37,194 nt of DNA from the IMG/VR virus record IMGVR_UViG_2534682162_000005. The stretch is one strand, 5' to 3'. Every line of letters starts with the position of its first letter. Position 1 is the stretch's first letter. Source of the DNA: a virus (Duplodnaviria; Heunggongvirae; Uroviricota; Caudoviricetes). Below are positions 16,205-27,498 of the stretch, piece after piece. The notes below the pieces were generated by a model, which worked only from the letters and a program-made list of their open reading frames with translations, was not told the origin of the DNA and did not search any database. The position numbers and the translations under genes are program-made.

Positions 16205-16494
16205 TGGCTAACCTACGCAAAGAAGCACGCGGCAGAGAATGCCAGGTACGTATTTACGGCGTATGCAATGGCAACCCTGAAACTACAGTTCTGGCACATT
16301 ACCGGATGGCTGGAATTTGCGGAACGGGAATGAAGCCTGACGACCTGATCGGCGCATGGGCTTGTAGCGCGTGTCACGATGAAATCGACCGACGCACCCA
16401 TAACCTCGACAACAAAGACGCCAGACTTTACCACCTCGAAGGCGTGATCAGGACGCAGGCGATACTGCTGAAGGAGGGAAAGATTAAGCCATGA
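16204..16494 (+). CDS. ybcO: YbcO-like DUF1364 protein, 96 aa
   Basis: Track ORF; MANLRKEARGRECQVRIYGVCNGNPETTVLAHYR...CSACHDEIDRR resembles DLP12 YbcO. Confidence 0.7.
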   Translation: MANLRKEARGRECQVRIYGVCNGNPETTVLAHYRMAGICGTGMKPDDLIGAWACSACHDEIDRRTHNLDNKDARLYHLEGVIRTQAILLKEGKIKP

Positions 16495-16853
16495 ACGAAT
16501 ATCAGTTTGTGCTTCCATACCCGCCGTCGGTGAATACCTACTGGCGAAGACGAGGAAGCCAATACTACATCAGCGATAAAGGCCAGAAATACCGAAAAGA
16601 CGTTCAGCAAATCATCCGCCAACTTAAGTTAGACATTTTCACCAAATCACGACTCCGCATCAAAGTAATCGCAGACGTTCCAGACTCCCGCCGCCGCGAC
16701 CTCGACAACATCCTGAAAGGTTTACTCGACTCCCTTATCCATGCCGGATTTGCGGAAGACGACGAGCAATTCGATGACATTCGCGTAATTCGTGGTGTGA
16801 AAGTACCAGGCGGACGGCTTGGAATAAAAATCACCGAACTGGAGAACGTATGA
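16491..16853 (+). CDS. rusA: RusA Holliday-junction resolvase, 120 aa
   Basis: Track ORF; YPPSVNTYWRRRG...RRRDLDNILKGLLDSL carries RusA-like catalytic Asp residues; 4-nt overlap with the upstream gene. Confidence 0.9.
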   Translation: MNEYQFVLPYPPSVNTYWRRRGSQYYISDKGQKYRKDVQQIIRQLKLDIFTKSRLRIKVIADVPDSRRRDLDNILKGLLDSLIHAGFAEDDEQFDDIRVIRGVKVPGGRLGIKITELENV

Positions 16854-17038
16854 ACGCCACAATTCAAACGATACCAGAGCTTCTTATCCAGACACGAGGC
16901 AATCAGACCGAAGTGGCGAGGATGCTTTCCTGCGCAAGAGGAACAGTGCTCAAGTACAACCGAGACAGCAAAGGCGAGCGTCACGTAATAGTTAACGGCG
17001 TCCTGATGGTCAAACAGGGCAAGAGGGGTAGACCATGA
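16850..17038 (+). CDS. ninH: NinH-like small DNA-binding protein, 62 aa
   Basis: Track ORF; ...GNQTEVARMLSCARGTVLKY...IVNGVLMV resembles lambda NinH. Confidence 0.7.
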   Translation: MNATIQTIPELLIQTRGNQTEVARMLSCARGTVLKYNRDSKGERHVIVNGVLMVKQGKRGRP

Positions 17039-17658
17039 GACTCGAAAGTGTAGCTAAATTTCATTCGCCAAAAAGCCCGATGATGAGCGACTCACCACGG
17101 GCTACGGCTTCTGACTCTCTTTCCGGTACTGATGTGATGGCTGCTATGGGGATGGCTCAATCACAAGCCGGATTCGGAATGGCTGCATTCTGTGGTAAGC
17201 ATGAACTCAGCCAGAACGACAAACAAAAGGCTATCAACTATCTGATGCAATTTGCACACAAGGTATCGGGGAAATACCGTGGCGTGGCAAAGCTTGAAGG
17301 AAATACTAAGGCAAAGGTACTGCAAGTGCTCGCAACATTCGCTTATGCGGATTATTGCCGTAGTGCCGCGACGCCGGGCGCAAGATGCAGAGATTGCCAC
17401 GGTACAGGCCGTGCGGTTGATATATCAAAAACAGAGCTGTGGGGGAGAGTTGTTGAGAAAGAATGCGGAAGATGCAAAGGTGTCGGCTATTCAAGAATGC
17501 CAGCAAGCGCCGCATATCGCGCTGTAACGATGCTAATCCCCAACCTTACTCAACCCACCTGGTCACGCACTGTTAAGCCGCTGTATGACGCTCTGGTGGT
17601 GCAATGCCACAAAGAAGAGTCAATCGCAGACAACATTTTGAATGCGGTCACACGTTAG
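17035..17658 (+). CDS. Q: Late-gene antiterminator Q (lambda Q-type), 207 aa
   Basis: Track ORF; sequence appears essentially identical to lambda Q as I recall it (MRLESVAKFHSPKSPMMSDSPRATASD...). Confidence 0.95.
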   Translation: MRLESVAKFHSPKSPMMSDSPRATASDSLSGTDVMAAMGMAQSQAGFGMAAFCGKHELSQNDKQKAINYLMQFAHKVSGKYRGVAKLEGNTKAKVLQVLATFAYADYCRSAATPGARCRDCHGTGRAVDISKTELWGRVVEKECGRCKGVGYSRMPASAAYRAVTMLIPNLTQPTWSRTVKPLYDALVVQCHKEESIADNILNAVTR

Positions 17659-17700
17659 CAGCATGATTGCCACGGATGGCAACATATTAACGGCATGATA

Positions 17701-17750
17701 TTGACTTATTGAATAAAATTGGGTAAATTTGACTCAACGATGGATAAATG
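17701..17750 (+). promoter_or_regulatory. Late promoter pR' with qut site
   Basis: -35 TTGACT 17701-17706, 17-nt spacer, -10 TAAATT 17724-17729, then TTGACTCAACGATGG as in lambda pR'/qut. Confidence 0.6.
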
Positions 17751-17765
17751 CACTCGTTAAATAAA

Positions 17766-17793
17766 GCCCTGAGTTAATAGCTCGGGGCTTTTT
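17766..17793 (+). terminator. tR' terminator ending a short 6S-like pR' leader
   Basis: Stem gccctgag/ctcggggc (8 bp, one G-U) at 17766-17788 followed by ttttt; about 55 nt from the predicted start. Confidence 0.5.
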
Positions 17794-18091
17794 GCGTTTT
17801 AAGCACGGACTTTCTGAAAGCACATCAAACCAAATACCAGACAGACCAAAATAATCACCTTATCCGCTGTGGCTACGGTGTGGTGTGCTTTGCATAAAAG
17901 AAAACCAGCGCAATGGCTGGCTTCGTGAAAGCGGGTGGCAAGAGGCTGCGCTAACAACCTCCTGCCGTTTTGCTCGTGCATATCGGTCACGAACAAATCT
18001 GATTACTAAACACAGTAGCCTGGATTTGTTCTATCAGTAATCGACCTTATTCCTAATTAAATAGAGCAAATCCCCTTATTGGGGGTAAGAC

Positions 18092-18415
18092 ATGAAGATG
18101 CCAGAAAAACATGACCTGTTAGCCGCCATTCTCGCGGCAAAGGAACAAGGCATCGGGGCAATCCTTGCGTTTGCAATGGCGTACCTTCGCGGCAGATATA
18201 ATGGCGGTGCGTTTACAAAAACAGTAATCGACGCAACGATGTGCGCCATTATCGCCTGGTTCATTCGTGACCTTCTCGACTTCGCAGGACTAAGTAGCAA
18301 TCTCGCTTATATAACGAGCGTGTTCATCGGCTACATCGGTACTGACTCGATTGGTTCGCTTATCAAACGCTTCGCTGCTAAAAAAGCCGGAGTAGAAGAT
18401 GGTGGAAATCAATAA
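18092..18415 (+). CDS. S: Holin S (lambda S107/S105 dual-start), 107 aa
   Basis: Track ORF; [34 protein letters not shown]... matches lambda S; upstream leader also matches lambda. Confidence 0.95.
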   Translation: MKMPEKHDLLAAILAAKEQGIGAILAFAMAYLRGRYNGGAFTKTVIDATMCAIIAWFIRDLLDFAGLSSNLAYITSVFIGYIGTDSIGSLIKRFAAKKAGVEDGGNQ

Positions 18416-18875
18416 TCAACGTAAGGCGTTCCTCGATATGCTGGCGTGGTCAGAGGGAACAGATAACGGACGGCAGAAAACCAGAAATCATGGTTATGAC
18501 GTCATTGTTGGCGGAGAGCTATTCACTGATTACTCCGATCACCCTCGCAAACTTGTCACGCTAAACCCAAAACTCAAATCAACAGCCGCCGGACGCTACC
18601 AGCTTCTTTCCCGTTGGTGGGATGCCTACCGCAAGCAGCTTGGCCTGAAAGACTTCTCTCCGAAAAGCCAGGACGCTGTGGCACTGCAACAGATTAAAGA
18701 GCGTGGCGCTTTACCAATGATTGATCGCGGTGATATTCGTCAGGCTATCGACCGTTGCAGCAATATCTGGGCTTCACTGCCGGGCGCTGGTTATGGTCAG
18801 TTCGAGCATAAGGCTGACAGCCTGATTGCAAAATTCAAAGAAGCTGGCGGAACGGTCAGAGAGATTGAGGCATGA
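18399..18875 (+). CDS. R: Endolysin R (lambda-type lytic transglycosylase), 158 aa
   Basis: Track ORF; [42 protein letters not shown]... matches lambda R. Confidence 0.95.
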   Translation: MVEINNQRKAFLDMLAWSEGTDNGRQKTRNHGYDVIVGGELFTDYSDHPRKLVTLNPKLKSTAAGRYQLLSRWWDAYRKQLGLKDFSPKSQDAVALQQIKERGALPMIDRGDIRQAIDRCSNIWASLPGAGYGQFEHKADSLIAKFKEAGGTVREIEA

Positions 18876-19309
18876 GCAGAGTAACCGCGATTATCTCAGC
18901 TCTGGTTATCTGCATCATCGTCTGCCTGTCATGGGCTGTTAATCATTACCGTGATAACGCCATTACCTACAAAGAGCAGCGCGATAAAGCCACATCCATC
19001 ATCGCTGATATGCAGAAGCGTCAACGTGATGTAGCAGAACTCGACGCCAGATACACAAAGGAGCTTGCTGATGCTAACGCGACTATCGAAAGCCTCCGTG
19101 CTGATGTTTCTGCTGGTCGTAAGCGCCTGCAAGTCGCCGCCACCTGTGCAAAGCCAACGACCGGAGCCAGCAGCATGGGCGATGGAGAAAGCCCAAGACT
19201 TACAGCAGATGCTGAACTCAATTATTACCGTCTCCGAAGTGGAATCGACAGGATAACCGCGCAGGTTAACTACCTGCAGGAATACATCAGGACGCAATGC
19301 CTTCGATGA
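18872..19309 (+). CDS. Rz: Spanin inner-membrane subunit Rz, 145 aa
   Basis: Track ORF; N-terminus [34 protein letters not shown] matches lambda Rz; central region diverges. Confidence 0.85.
   Translation: MSRVTAIISALVICIIVCLSWAVNHYRDNAITYKEQRDKATSIIADMQKRQRDVAELDARYTKELADANATIESLRADVSAGRKRLQVAATCAKPTTGASSMGDGESPRLTADAELNYYRLRSGIDRITAQVNYLQEYIRTQCLR
19065..19256 (+). CDS. Rz1: Spanin outer-membrane lipoprotein Rz1, embedded in Rz in the +1 frame
   Basis: Track ORF inside Rz; lipobox VVSAC then proline-rich [13 protein letters not shown]; exact start (19065 or a later Met) uncertain. Confidence 0.7.
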   Translation: MLMLTRLSKASVLMFLLVVSACKSPPPVQSQRPEPAAWAMEKAQDLQQMLNSIITVSEVESTG

Positions 19310-19482
19310 TAGCGATAATTTTACTCATCATCCTTCACATCTGGCTCTGTAGACAGGGTGATGATCACTTCTGGAGTGAATCCAGATTAAACATCTCATT
19401 GCTGATGCTTGATATTGAGCATCTTGCGCGCGGTAAGGGGCTGCGTTGAGATAAGAGCCAGTCATTACAAATACCAGGATTT

Positions 19483-19508
19483 AGCCTCGCATTCGCGGGG
19501 CTTTTTAT
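19483..19508 (+). terminator. Rho-independent terminator after the lysis cassette
   Basis: Stem agcctcgc/gcggggct (one G-U) at 19483-19502 with loop attc, then ttttatt. Confidence 0.45.
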
Positions 19509-19527
19509 TGCAACAAAGGTAAAGACG

Positions 19528-19815
19528 ATGGATGAAGAATATCGTAAAGACCTGCAACTGTGGTTTGGTCTTACGCATGCGCCGTTCTGCGTGATGCCGC
19601 GAGTATTCATGGAGGCTATGCCGCCAGAATGGCAAGAGAAGATGGCTCAGTTGCTTTTTGAGTATAGCGACACAATCAAAACGGATGTCTGCGGAGTTCA
19701 CAGCTGTTTTGTTACTGCCAAAGACGGCAACAACCGCTTTATGAGGATGCCAGAAGATATTCTGAACTATCGTCATCCCCGACGTGAATTCATCGAATCA
19801 GTTCTGAAGAAGTAG
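19528..19815 (+). CDS. Hypothetical protein, 95 aa
   Basis: Track ORF; AAAGG upstream; sits behind a terminator between the lysis and packaging modules. Confidence 0.5.
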   Translation: MDEEYRKDLQLWFGLTHAPFCVMPRVFMEAMPPEWQEKMAQLLFEYSDTIKTDVCGVHSCFVTAKDGNNRFMRMPEDILNYRHPRREFIESVLKK

Positions 19816-19849
19816 CCATTACAAAGCCTATCTACGGGTGGGCTTGATA

Positions 19850-20077
19850 ATGAAACCAGAATTTATTCTTGGCAACCAGTTACGGCAGTACAGCGAAACA
19901 ACCCAAGCCAGTAAGTGGGGAAATAACACTGGCAGCCACTGAAAGATGAACCTCCAGCCTTATGGCAAAAAAGATTCTTTGTGGTGGCGGACTGATGGAA
20001 AGACATCGGTTATTGCAGAGGCCATTCAATGAATGGTCTCGACAATGGCTTATACCCTACACGGGATAACTTAACTG
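19850..20077 (+). pseudogene. Decayed reading frame with two internal in-frame TGA codons
   Basis: One frame reads MKPEFILGNQLRQYSETTQASKWGNNTGSH-TGA-KMNLQPYGKKDSLWWRTDGKTSVIAEAIQ-TGA-MVSTMAYTLHGIT-TAA; stops at 19940, 20030, 20075. Confidence 0.3.
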
Positions 20078-20109
20078 ATATCCCTTTTAACGGATAAACG
20101 GAGCCAACA

Positions 20110-20352
20110 ATGGCAGAGATTATTCCCATGACTGAAGAACAGAAATTCCAGCTAGAGATTTACAAACTGGTAATGAACCAGAACGCAGCCGCAGAAGAAG
20201 CATTTCAGTTCATTGGCACTGACGAGCTGAAGCTTGAGCTATTCAAAATTCACTTCCAGTCAGGCGGCGCTAATTCAGATATCACGACCCGCACTATCGA
20301 AGCGGTGCGTAAATCGAAGGAAGCGTTAGACCTGTTCACTACCGGAGCATGA
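20110..20352 (+). CDS. Small protein upstream of terminase, 80 aa (P22 orf80-like position)
   Basis: Track ORF; GGAG SD; same size and position as a small ORF preceding gene 3 in P22 as I recall. Confidence 0.55.
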   Translation: MAEIIPMTEEQKFQLEIYKLVMNQNAAAEEAFQFIGTDELKLELFKIHFQSGGANSDITTRTIEAVRKSKEALDLFTTGA

Positions 20353-20387
20353 TGCTCAACCTGAAATAACGATTAAGTGAGATGAAT

Positions 20388-20876
20388 ATGGCAGCACCAA
20401 AGGGCAACCGATTCTGGGAGGCCCGCAGTAGTCATGGGCGAAACCCTAAATTCGAATCGCCTGAGGCGCTGTGGGCTGCTTGTTGTGAATACTTCGAGTG
20501 GGCTGATGATAACCCGCTATGGGAGGGTAAGGTATTTTCATATCAGGGAAAAATAATTAAGGCTAATGTCCCTAAGATGCGAGCCATGACTATTTCAGGA
20601 TTGTGTACCTTCCTTGATATCACCAGGCAAACATGGGGAACCTTCCGGTCAATGGAAGGTTTTTCTGACGTCACATCACGAGCGGAAGACATCATCTACG
20701 ACCAGAAATTCTCTGGCGCAGCCGCTGACCTTCTCAACGCTAACATCATCGCCCGTGATTTGGGCCTCAAAGAGCAGTCGCAAGTTGAAGACGTGACACC
20801 TGATAAGGGAGATCGCGATAAGCGGCGCTCTCGTATCAAGGAGCTATTCAACCGTGGAACTGGACGCGATTCTTGA
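20388..20876 (+). CDS. Terminase small subunit (P22 gp3-like), 162 aa
   Basis: Track ORF 20382..20876; [38 protein letters not shown] matches P22 gp3; start at 20388 gives the P22 length. Confidence 0.85.
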   Translation: MAAPKGNRFWEARSSHGRNPKFESPEALWAACCEYFEWADDNPLWEGKVFSYQGKIIKANVPKMRAMTISGLCTFLDITRQTWGTFRSMEGFSDVTSRAEDIIYDQKFSGAAADLLNANIIARDLGLKEQSQVEDVTPDKGDRDKRRSRIKELFNRGTGRDS

Positions 20877-22353
20877 TAACCTGAGCGACGAAGAGCAAAT
20901 CGAATTGCTCGAGCTACTCGAAGAAGAAGAGAACTACCGTAACACACACCTGCTATATGAATTTACGCCATACAGCAAACAGCGTGAGTTCATCGACGCC
21001 GGGCATGACTATCCAGAGCGCTGTTTTATGGCTGGTAACCAGCTTGGTAAGTCATTTACCGGTGCTGCCGAAGTCGCGTTTCACCTTACAGGGCGTTATC
21101 CGGGCACAAAAGGCTATCCTGCTGATGGTAAATATGGCGGTGAGTGGAAAGGTAAGCGTTTCTATGAGCCTGTTGTCTTCTGGATTGGTGGAGAGACAAA
21201 CGAGACGGTAACCAAAACGACTCAACGCATCCTGTGCGGTCGTATTGAAGAGAATGATGAGCCGGGCTACGGTTCAATACCGAAAGAGGACATCATTAGC
21301 TGGAAGAAGTCTCCTTTCTTTCCGAACCTTGTTGATCATCTTCTGGTTAAGCATCACACGGCTGATGGCGTTGAAGATGGCATTTCAATCTGCTACTTCA
21401 AACCATACTCGCAAGGCCGTGCTCGTTGGCAGGGTGACACAATCCACGGCGTGTGGTTTGACGAAGAACCACCATATAGTATTTATGGCGAAGGTCTTAC
21501 CCGTACCAACAAATACGGGCAATTCTCAATTCTGACGTTTACCCCGCTGATGGGGATGTCTGACGTTGTTACCAAGTTCCTGAAGAATCCCAGCAAGTCG
21601 CAGAAAGTGGTCAACATGACCATCTATGACGCAGAGCACTACACCGACGAGCAGAAAGAGCAAATCATCGCATCCTATCCTGAGCATGAGAGAGAGGCGC
21701 GTGCTCGCGGTATTCCTACGATGGGTAGCGGTCGAATCTTCCAGATACCGGAAGAGACGATTAAGTGCCAGCCGTTCGAGTGTCCTGATCACTTCTACGT
21801 AATTGGCGGGATGGATTTCGGATGGGATCACCCACAGGCGCAGGTTCAGCTTTGGTGGGATAAGGACGCAGACACAATCTACGTTTCACGCGTGTGGAAG
21901 GCGAAAGAAAAAACAGCCGTTCAGGCGTGGGGAGCCGTTAAATCATGGGCGCATAAAGTGCCAACCGCATGGCCTCATGACGGAAACCAGCATGAGAAGG
22001 GCGGCGGTGAGCAGCTCAAAGGGCAGTATGCAGATGCTGGTTTTATGATGTTGCAGGAGCATGCGACATGGCCTGATGGCGGTAACGCTGTTGAGCCTGG
22101 CATCACTGAATTGCGAGACATGATGCTCGACGGTCGCTTCAAAGTATTCAACACCTGTGAGCCATTCTTTGAGGAGTTCCGCCTCTATCACCGTGATGAA
22201 AACGGGAAAATCGTCAAGCTTAACGACGACGTGCTATCCGCCGTTCGCTATGCATACATGATGCGCCGCTTCGCAAAAATGATGCGCGACATCAAAAAAC
22301 CAAAAGAGAAAAAGATACCAGCCCCAATCAGGCCCATCGCACGGAGAACTTAA
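20854..22353 (+). CDS. Terminase large subunit (P22 gp2-like), 499 aa
   Basis: Track ORF; [37 protein letters not shown]... matches P22 gp2; Walker A-like GNQLGKS. Confidence 0.95.
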   Translation: MELDAILDNLSDEEQIELLELLEEEENYRNTHLLYEFTPYSKQREFIDAGHDYPERCFMAGNQLGKSFTGAAEVAFHLTGRYPGTKGYPADGKYGGEWKGKRFYEPVVFWIGGETNETVTKTTQRILCGRIEENDEPGYGSIPKEDIISWKKSPFFPNLVDHLLVKHHTADGVEDGISICYFKPYSQGRARWQGDTIHGVWFDEEPPYSIYGEGLTRTNKYGQFSILTFTPLMGMSDVVTKFLKNPSKSQKVVNMTIYDAEHYTDEQKEQIIASYPEHEREARARGIPTMGSGRIFQIPEETIKCQPFECPDHFYVIGGMDFGWDHPQAQVQLWWDKDADTIYVSRVWKAKEKTAVQAWGAVKSWAHKVPTAWPHDGNQHEKGGGEQLKGQYADAGFMMLQEHATWPDGGNAVEPGITELRDMMLDGRFKVFNTCEPFFEEFRLYHRDENGKIVKLNDDVLSAVRYAYMMRRFAKMMRDIKKPKEKKIPAPIRPIARRT

Positions 22354-24519
22354 ATGGCCGACGAAAACAGACTCAATTCCATTCTGTGTAAGTTTGACGC
22401 AGACTGGATGGCGAGCGATGAAGCCAGAACCGAGGCGACAAATGACCTGTATTTTAGCCGAGTGTCGCAATGGGATGACTGGCTATCAAACTACACCACC
22501 CTGCAATATCGCGGACAATTCGATGTTGTTCGCCCGGTGGTCAGGAAGCTGGTCGCAGAGATGCGCCGGAACCCTATCGATGTTCTCTTCAGACCAAAAG
22601 ACGGCGCTAATCCTGATGCTGCCGATGTGCTGATGGGGATGTATCGTACTGATATGCGCCATAACACGGCAAAAATTGCCGTTAACGTTGGCGTTCGTGA
22701 GCAGATAGAGTCCGGCGTTGGTGCATGGCGTCTGGTCACACAGTACGAAGACAACGACCCAACAAGCAACAATCAGGTAATCAGACGCCTGCCAATTCAT
22801 GAAGCCTGCTCACACGTCATATGGGACGCCAACAGCAAGCAGATGGATAAGAGCGACGCTAAGCACTGCACGGTGATTAACGCCTTGTCGCGCAATGGCT
22901 GGAAAGAGTTCGCAGAGGATTACGGTATTGATCCGGACACCTTGCCATCTTTCCAGAATCCGAACGATACATGGCTGTTTCCGTGGGTATCGAATGATGT
23001 CGTCTACGTCGCTGAGTATTACGAGGTCGAAGAGAAGAAAGAGAAGGTCTTCATCTACCGCGACCCGCTGACAGGTGAGCCGGTCAGCTATTACCAGCAG
23101 GATATCAAAGACGTCATCGACGACCTGGCTAATCGTGGATTCATTAAGGTAGCAGAGCGTAAGGTCAAGCGTCGGCGTGTGTATAAGTCGATCATCACCT
23201 GCACGCAGATACTGAAAGACCGCGAGAAGATAGCCGGAGAGCATATTCCAATCGTTCCAGTGTATGGCGAATGGTCATTCGCTGGTGACAAGGAGTGCTA
23301 CGAAGGAGTGGTAAGGCTGACGAAAGACGGTCAGCGCCTTCGTAACATGATCATGTCGTTCAACGCCGATATCGTTGCTCGTTCACCGAAGAAGAAACCG
23401 ACCTTCTTCCCTGAGCAAATCGAAGGCTACGAATACATGTACGGTGGAAATGATGACTATCCGTACTATCTGCAGAACAGGACCGATGAAAACGGTAACG
23501 ACCTGCCGATTGGTCCAATCTCCTACATGGAAAACCCTGAAGTGCCGCAAGCCAACGCTTACATGCTTGAGGCTGCCACCAACGCAGTGAAAGAGGTGGC
23601 TAGTCTTGGCGTGGATGCGCAGGCGGCAAATGGTCAGGTCGCTTTCGATACCGTCAATCAACTGAACATGCGGGCAGACCTTGAGACATACGTGTTTCAG
23701 GATAACCTGGCTACCGCAATGCGACGTGATGGCGAGATTTATGCCTCAATGGTCAACGATATTTATGACGTTCCTCGTCATGTAACGCTGACACTTGAAG
23801 ATGGAAGCGAGAAAGACGTTCAACTCTATGCGCAAGTTGTCGATTACCAGTCCGGCAATGTGGTCACACTCAACGACATTCGTGGTCGCTATGAGTGCTA
23901 TACGGACGTTGGGCCATCCTTCCAGAGCATGAAGGAACAGAATCGCGCAGAGATTCAGGAGTTGCTAACCAAGGTTCCGCAAGGTACTCCAGAGTTCCAG
24001 ATGCTGATGCTGCAATACTTCACGCTGCTTGACGGTAAAGGCGTCGAGATGATGCGAGAGTACGCGAACAAGCAACTGGTGATGATGGGACTGAAGAAAC
24101 CAGAAACACCTGAAGAGATGGAGATGGTACAACAGGCGCAACAGCATCCGCAGCAGCCATCAGCAGAGCAAATTCAGGCGCAGGGTATCCTTCTGCAAGG
24201 CCAGGCTGAATTGCTCAAGGCAGAGAACCAACAGTCCCAGATTCAGGTTGAAGCCGCCAAGGTTGAAGCCCAAAACCAACTCAACGCCGCGAAGATTGCA
24301 GAAATCTTCAACAATATGGACCTCGACAAGCAGGCAGAACTGCGTGAGTACCTCAAGCTCGTAGGTCAATTCCAGCAACAGCGCAGCAAAGATGCTCGTG
24401 CTAACGCTGAGCTGCTTCTTAAAGATGCAGACCAGACTCATTCACAACGCATGGATTTCGCGAATCTTATGCGTCAAGTTCAAATCCCCTCCGGCGGAGT
24501 AGCCGAGACACCTCAATAA
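22354..24519 (+). CDS. Portal protein (P22 gp1-like), 721 aa
   Basis: Track ORF; [45 protein letters not shown]... matches the P22 portal; Q-rich C-terminal barrel region. Confidence 0.95.
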   Translation: MADENRLNSILCKFDADWMASDEARTEATNDLYFSRVSQWDDWLSNYTTLQYRGQFDVVRPVVRKLVAEMRRNPIDVLFRPKDGANPDAADVLMGMYRTDMRHNTAKIAVNVGVREQIESGVGAWRLVTQYEDNDPTSNNQVIRRLPIHEACSHVIWDANSKQMDKSDAKHCTVINALSRNGWKEFAEDYGIDPDTLPSFQNPNDTWLFPWVSNDVVYVAEYYEVEEKKEKVFIYRDPLTGEPVSYYQQDIKDVIDDLANRGFIKVAERKVKRRRVYKSIITCTQILKDREKIAGEHIPIVPVYGEWSFAGDKECYEGVVRLTKDGQRLRNMIMSFNADIVARSPKKKPTFFPEQIEGYEYMYGGNDDYPYYLQNRTDENGNDLPIGPISYMENPEVPQANAYMLEAATNAVKEVASLGVDAQAANGQVAFDTVNQLNMRADLETYVFQDNLATAMRRDGEIYASMVNDIYDVPRHVTLTLEDGSEKDVQLYAQVVDYQSGNVVTLNDIRGRYECYTDVGPSFQSMKEQNRAEIQELLTKVPQGTPEFQMLMLQYFTLLDGKGVEMMREYANKQLVMMGLKKPETPEEMEMVQQAQQHPQQPSAEQIQAQGILLQGQAELLKAENQQSQIQVEAAKVEAQNQLNAAKIAEIFNNMDLDKQAELREYLKLVGQFQQQRSKDARANAELLLKDADQTHSQRMDFANLMRQVQIPSGGVAETPQ

Positions 24520-24532
24520 GAGAGAGTTAATC

Positions 24533-25444
24533 ATGGACCAAACCACCGACATTCAGGCTTCTGAAGAATTAACCCTGCCCGGCAATCATGCAGCGGCATC
24601 TGCTGATGGCTTAGTTGTCGATAATGCCAACGACAACGCAGGTCAGGAAGAAGGCTTCGAGATTGTCCTGAAAGACGATGAGAAACCAAAACAAGACCCG
24701 GCAACTAATGCTGAATTTGCCCGTCGCCGCATCGAACGCAAACGACAGCGTGAGCTTGAGCAGCAGATGGAAGCGGTTAAGCGTGGAGAGTTGCCGGAGC
24801 ACCTGCGGGTGAACCCTGAGTTACCAAAACAACCAGACCCTAACGATTATCTTTCCGAAGACGCACTGGCTAAGTACGACTATGACCAGAGCCGCGCACT
24901 GGCGGCCTTCCAGCAGGCAAACAGTGAATGGCAGATCAAGGCTATGGACGCACGAAGCCAGGCTGTCGCCGAGCAGGGTCGCAAAACTCAGGAGTTCACC
25001 CAGCAATCAGCGCAATACGTCGAGGCAGCCCGTAAGCACTACGACGCAGCGGAAAAGCTCAATATCCCTGACTATCAGGAGAAAGAGGATGCATTCATGC
25101 AACTGGTGCCGCCAGCAGTCGGTGCCGACATCATGCGCCTCTTCCCGGAGAAGTCCGCTGCTCTCATGTATCACCTTGGTGCTAATCCTGAGAAAACACG
25201 CCAGTTGCTGGCGATGGACGGGCAATCCGCGCTGATTGAACTCACTCGACTGTCAGAACGTTTAACTCTCAAGCCTCGAGCCAAGCCTGTTTCAGAAGCC
25301 CCGTTACCTGATGAACCCATTCAGGGGCACGCTGTTGCTGCAAATATCTCTGCGATTGAAAAGCAGATGGAAGCGGCAGCAAACAAAGGGGATGTAGAGA
25401 CGTACCGCAAGCTTAAGGCGCAACTGAATAAAGGAATTCGATAA
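24533..25444 (+). CDS. Scaffolding protein (P22 gp8-like), 303 aa
   Basis: Track ORF; size and sequence (…[30 protein letters not shown]…) match P22 gp8. Confidence 0.9.
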   Translation: MDQTTDIQASEELTLPGNHAAASADGLVVDNANDNAGQEEGFEIVLKDDEKPKQDPATNAEFARRRIERKRQRELEQQMEAVKRGELPEHLRVNPELPKQPDPNDYLSEDALAKYDYDQSRALAAFQQANSEWQIKAMDARSQAVAEQGRKTQEFTQQSAQYVEAARKHYDAAEKLNIPDYQEKEDAFMQLVPPAVGADIMRLFPEKSAALMYHLGANPEKTRQLLAMDGQSALIELTRLSERLTLKPRAKPVSEAPLPDEPIQGHAVAANISAIEKQMEAAANKGDVETYRKLKAQLNKGIR

Positions 25445-26739
25445 TGGCATTAAATGAAGGTCAACTGGTCACGTATGCTCTGGATGAAATCATCGAAACC
25501 GTCCAGAACCTGACGCCAATGGCGTCAAAAGTGACAAAATACACCCCTCCGGCAGAATCCATGCAGCGTTCAAGCAACACCGTGTGGATGCCTGTTGAGC
25601 AGGAAGCGCCAACGCAGACTGGCTGGGATTTAACTGGCAACGCAACCGGGATTCTGGAGCTCTCCGTGAAATGCAACATGGGCGATCCGGATAACGATTT
25701 CTTCGAGCTTCGTGCAGATGACCTGCGTGATGAACGTTCTTACCGTCGCCGCATCCAGGCATCCGCCAAAAAACTGGCGAATAACATTGAGTCAGCAATT
25801 GCCAAACAGGCAACCGAAATGGGCTCACTTGTTGTTCACGATACCCGCGCAATTGGTCCATCTACTGGCCTGTCTGGCTGGGATTTTGTGTCTGATGCAG
25901 AGCGCCTGATGTTCTCCCGTGAGCTAAACCGCGATATGGGCATCAGTTACTTCCTGAACCCTGACGATTACCGCAAAGCAGGCCGCAACCTGGTAGATGG
26001 TGACATCTTTGGGCGCGTTCCTGAAGACGCGTATCGCAACGGTACTATTCAGCGTCAGATTGCTGGCTTTGATGAAATTCTTCGCTCACCGAAACTTCCG
26101 GCAGTTACCAAGTCAACCGCTACTGGTGTAACTGTTTCTGGTGCGCAGAAGTTTAAGCCGCAGGCATACACCCTTGATACCGATGGTAACAAAGAGAACG
26201 TCGATAACCGTGTTGCAACGGTGACCGTATCCTCCACCACCGGATTTAAGCGCGGCGACAAAATCAGCTTCACTGGTGTGAAATTCCTGTCTCAGATGGC
26301 GAAGAACGTGCTGACTGATGATGCGACTTTCTCAATCACCCGTGTGATCGATGGTACTCACATCGAAATCACGCCGAAGCCGATTGCGCTGGATGACGCG
26401 TCACTGACAAAAGAAGAGAAGGCTTACGCTAACGTAAACACCTCTCTTGCTGATACCACTCCGGTAAACGTTCTGAACGTGGCAACAACCACCGCTAACG
26501 TGTTCTGGGCTGATGACTCAATCCGTCTGCTGTCTCAGCCGATCCCGGTAACCCATGAGCTGTTTGCTGGCATGAAAACGTCTTCCTTCAGCATTCCTGG
26601 TATTGGTGTTAACGGCATCTTCGCAACGCAGGGTGATATCAACACTCTGTCTGGTAAGTGCCGTATTGCTGTGTGGTATTCAGCATGTGCTGTACGACCA
26701 GAGGCAATTGGTGTTGGTCTGCCTAACCAGACCGCGTGA
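25444..26739 (+). CDS. Major coat protein (P22 gp5-like), 431 aa
   Basis: Track ORF; [20 protein letters not shown]...[14 protein letters not shown] matches P22 coat. Confidence 0.95.
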   Translation: MALNEGQLVTYALDEIIETVQNLTPMASKVTKYTPPAESMQRSSNTVWMPVEQEAPTQTGWDLTGNATGILELSVKCNMGDPDNDFFELRADDLRDERSYRRRIQASAKKLANNIESAIAKQATEMGSLVVHDTRAIGPSTGLSGWDFVSDAERLMFSRELNRDMGISYFLNPDDYRKAGRNLVDGDIFGRVPEDAYRNGTIQRQIAGFDEILRSPKLPAVTKSTATGVTVSGAQKFKPQAYTLDTDGNKENVDNRVATVTVSSTTGFKRGDKISFTGVKFLSQMAKNVLTDDATFSITRVIDGTHIEITPKPIALDDASLTKEEKAYANVNTSLADTTPVNVLNVATTTANVFWADDSIRLLSQPIPVTHELFAGMKTSSFSIPGIGVNGIFATQGDINTLSGKCRIAVWYSACAVRPEAIGVGLPNQTA

Positions 26740-26746
26740 TAACCAG

Positions 26747-26770
26747 AGGGAGCTTCGGCTCCCTTTTTTA
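26747..26770 (+). terminator. Rho-independent terminator immediately after the coat gene
   Basis: Stem agggagc/gctccct with loop ttcg at 26747-26764, then tttttt. Confidence 0.6.
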
Positions 26771-26783
26771 TCTGGAGACAAGC

Positions 26784-27020
26784 ATGACACACATGATCTT
26801 TCGTCATGGCGACATGAAGAAGTGGAAAGGCGTTGGCTACGACTTTGAAATCGTGAAAGCCGAAGAGCTTCAGGAATATCTGGATGCTGGTTGGTTTTCA
26901 CATCCTGATGACCTTTTGAAGGATGTTGCAGAGCCAGAGCCAGAGCCAGAAGAAAAACAGCGTAAAAAGCCTGGTCGAAAACCTAAGGCGGCAGCAGATG
27001 AACCTGACAACGAAGGGTGA
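26784..27020 (+). CDS. Small acidic/Pro-Glu-rich protein, about 78 aa
   Basis: Track ORF 26736..27020 begins inside the terminator; Met at 26784 (MTHMIFRHG...) with GGAGA SD; its end overlaps the gp4 start. Confidence 0.4.
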   Translation: MTHMIFRHGDMKKWKGVGYDFEIVKAEELQEYLDAGWFSHPDDLLKDVAEPEPEPEEKQRKKPGRKPKAAADEPDNEG

Positions 27021-27498
27021 TTTAGTTCTTGCGGCATTACGTAAGCTCGGTGTGGCATCAAATGCCACGTTAACCGATGTCGAACCGCAGTCTATGGAAG
27101 ACGGCGTCAACGACCTTGAAATGATGATGGCTGAATGGCTTGGCGGTGATGCGTCACCAGGTATCAACGTTGGCTACATTTTCGCTGATGCAGATGTCGC
27201 TCCAGATCCTGGCGATGAACACGGTTTATCAAATAACGCTATAAATGCTGTCATTTTCAACCTTGCCTGCCGCATTGCTCCGGATTATGCGCTGGAAGCG
27301 TCTGCAAAACTTATAACCACTGCCAGATACGGGAAAGAGCAACTCGTCAAACTGTCTGCAATGGACAGAGCAAAAGCCGCTAAATGTAAGTCCGGTTATC
27401 CAAACCGTATGCCTGTTGGTAGCGGTAATCAGTTGGCGAAGTGGAACGGTTGGAATTACTTCCACCGGAAGGAACCTTGCGATAACGGGAGCGAATAA
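26998..27498 (+). CDS. Head-to-tail adaptor (P22 gp4-like), 166 aa
   Basis: Track ORF 26923..27498; Met at 26998 ([32 protein letters not shown]...) matches the P22 gp4 N-terminus and length. Confidence 0.85.
   Translation: MNLTTKGDLVLAALRKLGVASNATLTDVEPQSMEDGVNDLEMMMAEWLGGDASPGINVGYIFADADVAPDPGDEHGLSNNAINAVIFNLACRIAPDYALEASAKLITTARYGKEQLVKLSAMDRAKAAKCKSGYPNRMPVGSGNQLAKWNGWNYFHRKEPCDNGSE

Noticed and set aside
17799-17996. 65-aa minus-strand ORF between tR' and S
   Set aside because: Falls in the late leader, which appears lambda-identical and non-coding, antisense to the late transcript.
22394-24441. Multiple 60 to 144-aa ORFs antisense to or out of frame with the portal gene
   Set aside because: All lie within the continuous 721-aa portal reading frame, which has strong family resemblance.
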